UHGV virus genome: UHGV-1378608
DNA: 39,780 bases
From: a virus
Direction: 5' to 3' (one strand)
Within the stretch, counting starts at the first letter, position 1. Each line of letters opens with the position of its first letter. Below the pieces are notes generated by a model, which saw only the letters and a program-made list of their open reading frames with translations, ran no database searches and was not told where the DNA came from. The position numbers were made by a program, and so were the translations under genes. Shown here in pieces: positions 34,553 through 39,780 of the stretch.

Positions 34553-35370
34553 AACCGGGAATTTATTTCGACATCAGCAACGAAGACTACCACGCCGGTG
34601 ACGGCGTGAGTAAGTCGCAACTGGACATGGTTGCCAAGAATCCGGCGCTTCTTAAATGGGTTCAGGCAGCACCAGAAGACGAAGAGAAAAAGTCTGCACT
34701 GGATATGGGAACCGCATTGCACTGTCTGCTTCTGGAGCCTGGAGAGTTCGACAAACGCTTCATTGTTTCACAGAAATTCGATCGTCGGACGAAACAAGGT
34801 AAAGCTGACGAAGAGGAATTTCTTCGTGATGTGGCGGATATGGGGATTACGGTACTTGATGCCGAGCAGTGGCGGAAACTGGAGCTGATGCGTGATAGCG
34901 CAATGGCTCACCCGGCGGCACGCTGGATGCTGGAAGCACCTGGTTACTGCGAAGCATCAATGTACTGGAACGATGAAGAGACGGGGGAGTTGTGCCGAAT
35001 TCGTCCAGACAAATGGCTGAACGAGCACAACGTGATCGTCGACGTGAAAAAGGTTGCAGATATGGACCGTTTTGCACGCCACATCGAGGAATTCCGCTAC
35101 CACGTGCAGGACGCAATGTACCGCGAAGGCGCAATGAGGGTTACTGGTCAGCCGCATGGTTTTTTCTTTCTTGCCGTGAGCGAAAGCATTGATTGTGGTC
35201 GGTATCCGGTACGCGTGTTCGAGCTGGATGCGCAGGATGTCGATGCCGGGCACGCTCTGTTCCGCCGGGATCTGAATACCTATCACGAATGCCGCATCAA
35301 TGATGAATGGGGCGGTGTGGAAATCATTAAACGCCCTGAGTGGGCACGCAAACAGGATATGTACATATGA
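34549..35370 (+). CDS. PD-(D/E)xK exonuclease (YqaJ/RecE-like recombination exonuclease)
   Basis: 273 aa; candidate PD-(D/E)xK motif IRPDKW...VIVDVKK; directly upstream of and overlapping a RecT-like gene. Confidence 0.7.
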   Translation: MKPGIYFDISNEDYHAGDGVSKSQLDMVAKNPALLKWVQAAPEDEEKKSALDMGTALHCLLLEPGEFDKRFIVSQKFDRRTKQGKADEEEFLRDVADMGITVLDAEQWRKLELMRDSAMAHPAARWMLEAPGYCEASMYWNDEETGELCRIRPDKWLNEHNVIVDVKKVADMDRFARHIEEFRYHVQDAMYREGAMRVTGQPHGFFFLAVSESIDCGRYPVRVFELDAQDVDAGHALFRRDLNTYHECRINDEWGGVEIIKRPEWARKQDMYI

Positions 35371-36308
35371 GCAACGACATCGCAAACATCAACGCACCAG
35401 TAGACACAGCAATCGCTGGAACTGCTGCAACTATTTTCAGCCCAGACGGCTTGAACCAACTGATGAAATTCGCCGAGGTAATGGCGCAAAGCCGCGTAAC
35501 GGTACCGGCGCACCTCGCCGGGAAACCAGCTGATTGCATGGCCGTGGCAATGCAGGCTGCGCAGTGGGGAATGAACCCGTTTGCCGTGGCTCAGAAAACC
35601 CATGTTGTGAACGGCACGCTAGGTTATGAAGCCCAATTAGTAAACGCAGTTATCTCAACGATGTCGCCAACAAAAGATCGCATCAACTACGAGTGGTTTG
35701 GGCCGTGGGAACGCGTGATCGGTAAGTTTGTTGAGAAAACATCCAAAAACGGCAATCCATATATCGCACCAGGCTGGACTCTAAAAGACGAAGAAGGCTG
35801 CGGTGTTCGCGTATGGGCAACCATGAAGGGCGAGGATCAACCTCGAGTGCTTGAGTTAATGCTGTCTCAAGCACAGGTAAGAAACTCCACACTTTGGGCC
35901 AGTGATCCGAAACAACAACTCGCATACCTTGCGACAAAACGCTGGTCTCGCCTGCACTGTCCTGACGTAATCATGGGCGTCTACACCCCAGACGAATTAC
36001 AGGAAACGGCACCGCGCGTTGAGCGAGACATTACTCCGCAAACGACAACTGCTGCGGGAATGAACAGTCTGATCAACGCTAAAACAGTGAAAAAGCCTGA
36101 TGAGCAAACGCGTAAAGCGGATAGCCGTGATCCAGAAGAAATGCTGATGGCCTTTACCAGCGCAGCGATGAATTACAGCACTGTCTCCGAACTGGATAAG
36201 GCTTACAAATACATTGCACAAAAACTTTCAGATGATGACGAACTGCTGGCAAAAGCCACCGACGTTTACAGCGTTCGTCGGGAAGAATTAAACGAAACAT
36301 CTATGTAA
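35367..36308 (+). CDS. RecT-family single-strand annealing recombinase
   Basis: Synteny with the exonuclease (ATGA overlap); size and composition consistent with RecT; start taken at MSNDIANINA. Confidence 0.6.
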   Translation: MSNDIANINAPVDTAIAGTAATIFSPDGLNQLMKFAEVMAQSRVTVPAHLAGKPADCMAVAMQAAQWGMNPFAVAQKTHVVNGTLGYEAQLVNAVISTMSPTKDRINYEWFGPWERVIGKFVEKTSKNGNPYIAPGWTLKDEEGCGVRVWATMKGEDQPRVLELMLSQAQVRNSTLWASDPKQQLAYLATKRWSRLHCPDVIMGVYTPDELQETAPRVERDITPQTTTAAGMNSLINAKTVKKPDEQTRKADSRDPEEMLMAFTSAAMNYSTVSELDKAYKYIAQKLSDDDELLAKATDVYSVRREELNETSM

Positions 36309-36357
36309 CCACCACCGCGGCGCCACGCGCGCCGCACTGCAACCAAGAGAGGTATTT

Positions 36358-36606
36358 ATGAAAGGTGCATTAGGTAAGAAGGAACTCCTGGCGGTGGTGC
36401 CACTGTCATGGAGCACTATCGACCGTATGGAGCGCGCAGGTGAATTTCCTAAACGCTGGTATATCACTGACAAACGCTGCGCATGGAACCGTGACGAAGT
36501 TGAGCGTTGGCTTGATGAACGTCAGGCAGCAAGCCCGGCAGAGTTCCAGGGTAAAAAGCCTCCTGTTCAGCAACGTGTATATCGTCCTGTGAGCAACGCT
36601 GCATGA
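36358..36606 (+). CDS. AlpA-family DNA-binding protein, candidate excisionase
   Basis: 82 aa; pattern STIDRMERAGEFPKRWYITDKRCAWNRDEVERWL resembles AlpA/Xis-like regulators. Confidence 0.55.
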   Translation: MKGALGKKELLAVVPLSWSTIDRMERAGEFPKRWYITDKRCAWNRDEVERWLDERQAASPAEFQGKKPPVQQRVYRPVSNAA

Positions 36607-36715
36607 GTGCGCTGCTAAGGCACTGGAGCAAATGGTCAGGATGGTACTTATTCCTGGCCTCTGTTTCAGCATGGCTTTATCTGCTGGCATTAATTTTCAG
36701 AGAGGGTTGGATTAA

Positions 36716-37015
36716 GTGAGAAAGTTAAGCCGACTTGAAAAATATCACATGAACAAGGTTTCAATGCGCAGCCCTTCAAAGATTGTCGCCGTTACTCCTG
36801 CGGCGATAGAGATCGAAAAACGCGCGATTGAAAGAGAGAAAAAAGGGCAATTCCGCATTGCCGCTCACCTTTGGCTTCAGTGTATGGATGTTGCTTCTGG
36901 TGATGTTGAACGTGCAAGGATCGCGGTTCGCAGGGACCAATGTATCACAAAAGGTAACGGCCTTCGCCGTGGCGACTATAGCGGCATAGGATGTTGTGGG
37001 GTGGTTTATGACTAA
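36716..37015 (+). CDS. Hypothetical protein (start uncertain)
   Basis: ORF immediately upstream of the methyltransferase; no family recognised. Confidence 0.35.
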   Translation: MRKLSRLEKYHMNKVSMRSPSKIVAVTPAAIEIEKRAIEREKKGQFRIAAHLWLQCMDVASGDVERARIAVRRDQCITKGNGLRRGDYSGIGCCGVVYD

Positions 37016-37658
37016 GAAATACACACTAATCTATGCAGATCCACCCTGGGTATACCGGGACAAAGCCGCAGATGGTAATCGCGGTGCCAGTTTTAAATAT
37101 CCGGTTATGAGTGTGATGGATATCTGCCGCCTTCCTGTGTGGGATTTGGCCGATGAAAACTGTCTGTTGGCCATGTGGTGGGTGCCAACACAACCACTCG
37201 AAGCGCTAAAAGTTGTTGAAGCCTGGGGATTCCGTCTGATGACCATGAAGGGCTTCACGTGGATAAAATGTGGTAGTCGACAACCAGATAAACTGGTTAT
37301 GGGTATGGGGCACATGACTCGCGCCAATAGTGAAGATTGCCTGTTTGCGGTAAAGGGAAAGCTACCTACGCGCATTAATGCAGGGATCGTTCAGTCATTT
37401 ACCGCACCGCGGCTTGAGCATTCAAGAAAACCAGATATCGTTCGTGAAAAACTTGTGCAATTGTTAGGCGATGTTTCTCGCATTGAACTGTTCGCCCGCC
37501 AGACGTCTCATGGCTTCGATGTTTGGGGTAATCAGTGCGAAGACCCGGCAGTGCAACTACACCCTGGATACGCGTTGGATATTGGCGGATTAACAAATGC
37601 ATTCAGCAATGCTCCGGTGTCACCAATAGACAACCAGGGGCGGGAGCGTGCAGCATGA
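37008..37658 (+). CDS. MT-A70-family N6-adenine DNA methyltransferase
   Basis: DPPW catalytic motif ([10 protein letters not shown]); start taken at ATG 37008 (MTKKYT) rather than the GTG at 36996. Confidence 0.75.
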   Translation: MTKKYTLIYADPPWVYRDKAADGNRGASFKYPVMSVMDICRLPVWDLADENCLLAMWWVPTQPLEALKVVEAWGFRLMTMKGFTWIKCGSRQPDKLVMGMGHMTRANSEDCLFAVKGKLPTRINAGIVQSFTAPRLEHSRKPDIVREKLVQLLGDVSRIELFARQTSHGFDVWGNQCEDPAVQLHPGYALDIGGLTNAFSNAPVSPIDNQGRERAA

Positions 37659-38314
37659 ACCTATATCAACGCATCAATGGCGCTGACTGGTGCAATATCT
37701 TCGTCGTCGGCGATCTGCATGGGTGCTACACGCTGCTGATGAACGAACTCGACAAAGTTTCATTCGACCCGGCGCGCGATTTACTTATTTCCGTTGGTGA
37801 CCTTGTTGACCGCGGCGCTGAAAACGTCGAATGCCTGGATTTGATTACTATGCCGTGGTTCCGAGCTGTTCGTGGCAACCATGAGCAGATGATGCTGGAT
37901 GCACTGGTCAACGGCGGAAGTTTCGGACATTGGATGTCAAACGGCGGTGGATGGTGGCACCAACTTGATTCTGAGCAGGATGTGCAACTCAAATACCTTC
38001 TGCCAAAGATTACCAACCTCCCGATGATTATCGAACTGGTTACCGGCAATAAGAAGGTCGTCATCTGTCACGCAGACTACCCGCACAACGAATACGCATT
38101 CGATAAGCAAGTACCAGAAGAAATGGTGATATGGAATCGTGAGCGGGTTAGCGACGCGCAGGACGGTATTGTCTCGGAGATAACCGGTGCCGATTTGTTC
38201 ATCTTCGGTCATACGCCAGCACATCACCCACTGGTGTATGCAAACCAGATGTACATCGACACCGGCGCAGTGTTCTGCGGAAATCTGACGCTTACCAAAG
38301 TCCAGGAAGGATAG
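37655..38314 (+). CDS. Ser/Thr protein phosphatase (lambda-type metallophosphatase)
   Basis: Metallophosphatase motifs GDLHG, GDLVDRG, GNHE; start MNLYQRING overlaps the methylase stop. Confidence 0.75.
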   Translation: MNLYQRINGADWCNIFVVGDLHGCYTLLMNELDKVSFDPARDLLISVGDLVDRGAENVECLDLITMPWFRAVRGNHEQMMLDALVNGGSFGHWMSNGGGWWHQLDSEQDVQLKYLLPKITNLPMIIELVTGNKKVVICHADYPHNEYAFDKQVPEEMVIWNRERVSDAQDGIVSEITGADLFIFGHTPAHHPLVYANQMYIDTGAVFCGNLTLTKVQEG

Positions 38315-38316
38315 AA

Positions 38317-39573
38317 TTATTTATTACTGTCTTCCATCCACCTCTCAAACTTCGACGGGGAGAACGGAATCAGATCCGTATGCTCCCCGTTAATCCAGGA
38401 ATCAATCATATCGGCCCACTGCTGCAACATGTAGGCGCGCTGTCTGGCGTATTCCGCTTTGTTATATACGGCGCGCACACCTTTCTGCTCATGTGCCAGA
38501 GCCTTTTCAATCCAGTCTGAAGGATAACCAGCCTCATGCAACAACGTACTTGCTGTACGGCGCATATCGTGTACGGTGAAGTCCTGAATATGCTCACCAT
38601 CTTCATTTATTATTTTCACCGTTCTGTCGATCAGAGAGTTCAGCGCGGCATTAGATAATGGCTTCCGGAAATTGTAACGACCAGGAACCAGATATTCACT
38701 TCCACCAGCGCACATCTGCAACCCAACCAATATATCCTGTGCCTGTTTAGGCAGGTAAATAACGTGCGCCCGGCTTCCCTTCATGCGGTCTGGAGGAATT
38801 GTCCATGTCCATTTTTTAAAATCTATTTCATCCCACGTTGCATTGGTGAATTCGCCCTTACGAACCATAGTGATAAGCACCAGTTTTAAAGCCATTTTCA
38901 TAGTGCCCATAGCACCAATGGCATCCAGCGTGCGGAAGAACAGGCCAATTTCTTCTGGTGTCAGTGTTCGCTCTCGTGGTTTAAATATGGCGATAGACGA
39001 AGGTTTAATGTCAGCCGCAGGATTAAACAAACCATGACCACGGTCATTGGCGTGACGGTATACGCTACTGATGATCTCCCTGGCCTGCACTGCTGTTGCC
39101 CGGCCACCGCGTTCGACAATCCGGTCACACAAATCACGAACCATCGATGTGGTAATTTCAGCCATCATTTTATTGCCAAGAACCGGAAGTATGTCACGGT
39201 CGATCACCGCCTGTTTCATTGCGCGGGTACTGTCAGCCAGGATGACGTGTTTCATATAACTGTCGGTATGTACCGCAAACGTCTCGGCACCACGAATCTT
39301 TTTGATACCGTCACGTTTAGCCGCAGCCGGTGACTGGCCTGCTTTAAGCAGCTTCTTTGCAGCAATCAGTTCTTCTCGCGCTTCTGCCAGGCTGATACCG
39401 TCACGCCCATACTGCCCGATTACCAGTGTTTCGCGGCGACCGTTGATACGGTAGTCATAGCGAAACGAGACCGTGCCTGACGTAAGCACAGCTACATACA
39501 GCCCGTCACGATCGGAGACCTTGTACAGTTTGTCCTGCGGCTTGAGGCTTTTTAATTTTGTATCGGTAAGCAC
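38317..39573 (-). CDS. int: Tyrosine integrase
   Basis: 418 aa; N-terminal arm-binding-like domain and C-terminal catalytic domain (HDMRRTASTLL, ALAHE, terminal Tyr region); adjacent to right attachment repeat. Confidence 0.85.
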   Translation of the reverse strand: MLTDTKLKSLKPQDKLYKVSDRDGLYVAVLTSGTVSFRYDYRINGRRETLVIGQYGRDGISLAEAREELIAAKKLLKAGQSPAAAKRDGIKKIRGAETFAVHTDSYMKHVILADSTRAMKQAVIDRDILPVLGNKMMAEITTSMVRDLCDRIVERGGRATAVQAREIISSVYRHANDRGHGLFNPAADIKPSSIAIFKPRERTLTPEEIGLFFRTLDAIGAMGTMKMALKLVLITMVRKGEFTNATWDEIDFKKWTWTIPPDRMKGSRAHVIYLPKQAQDILVGLQMCAGGSEYLVPGRYNFRKPLSNAALNSLIDRTVKIINEDGEHIQDFTVHDMRRTASTLLHEAGYPSDWIEKALAHEQKGVRAVYNKAEYARQRAYMLQQWADMIDSWINGEHTDLIPFSPSKFERWMEDSNK

Positions 39574-39615
39574 AATTCACCCGTATAGAAACCATTTTCA
39601 TGACGGTATGAGAGT

Positions 39616-39630
39616 ATACCTTTAAGGTAA
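39616..39630 (+). promoter_or_regulatory. Operator-like palindrome ATACCTTTAAGGTAA upstream of int, nested in a longer inverted repeat
   Basis: Flanked by tgacggtat (39601-39609) and ataccgtca (39630-39638); about 45 bp upstream of the int start. Confidence 0.45.
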
Positions 39631-39695
39631 TACCGTCACCTGTACCGACGAAAAATATGGTGTAGAGTGAATAGAAATGAATACATAAAAACAAA

Positions 39696-39719
39696 AACCC
39701 TCTGTAAAAACAGAGGGTT
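39696..39719 (-). terminator. Terminator-like hairpin between attR and int (could block read-in from the host flank)
   Basis: 9-bp stem aaccctctg/cagagggtt with 6-nt loop, followed on the minus strand by TTTTTGTTTTTATG. Confidence 0.45.
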
Positions 39720-39763
39720 AAATTAGTATCTGAATAGGAATGAGTTGCTATGAGTTAGCTGTT

Positions 39764-39780
39764 AATCATTCCCACTCAAT
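39764..39780 (+). repeat. Putative attR core (17-bp direct repeat aatcattcccactcaat)
   Basis: Exact match with 1-17. Confidence 0.6.

Larger units (their letters stand above)
1..39780. mobile_element. Complete integrated prophage (temperate podovirus-like, lambdoid regulatory layout) spanning the whole window
   Basis: Identical 17-bp direct repeats at both window ends; integrase at right end; full complement of regulation, replication, recombination, packaging, head, tail and lysis genes in between. Confidence 0.8.

Noticed and set aside
1-39780. CRISPR array
   Set aside because: No series of regularly spaced identical repeats of 25-40 bp was seen; the only tandem repeats are the origin iterons and the short repeats upstream of TerS.

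Overview
The window appears to be one complete integrated temperate phage of about 39.7 kb, bounded by an identical 17-bp direct repeat at both ends (1-17 and 39764-39780) with a tyrosine integrase next to the right end. The minus strand carries one long leftward programme: Cro-like regulator, O-like initiator with in-gene iterons, lambda P-like helicase loader, nin-like accessory genes, terminase small and large subunits, portal, scaffold, major capsid, podovirus-type tail tubular and internal virion proteins, a tailspike with an embedded SGNH esterase domain, and a holin/endolysin/spanin lysis cassette. The plus strand carries a repressor with two HTH segments and no recognisable S24 peptidase domain, then a recombination module (PD-(D/E)xK exonuclease, RecT), AlpA-like excisionase, MT-A70 methyltransferase and Ser/Thr phosphatase. 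Three plus-strand moron loci interrupt the late operon: a tRNA-Arg(UCU), a Gp49-like gene plus a membrane-anchored coiled-coil gene, and a small gene behind a perfect LexA box. The most interesting signals are regulatory: a TTACCT-N4-GGTAA palindrome at about 12 intergenic sites (candidate repressor regulon, with the densest clusters flanking the repressor gene), the LexA-controlled small gene as a candidate SOS-responsive antirepressor, and a 12-14 bp palindrome GTGACATGTCAC present three times. All calls are from reading the sequence and ORF translations by eye; no database search or structure prediction was run, so family assignments are recollection-based and motif lists may be incomplete.
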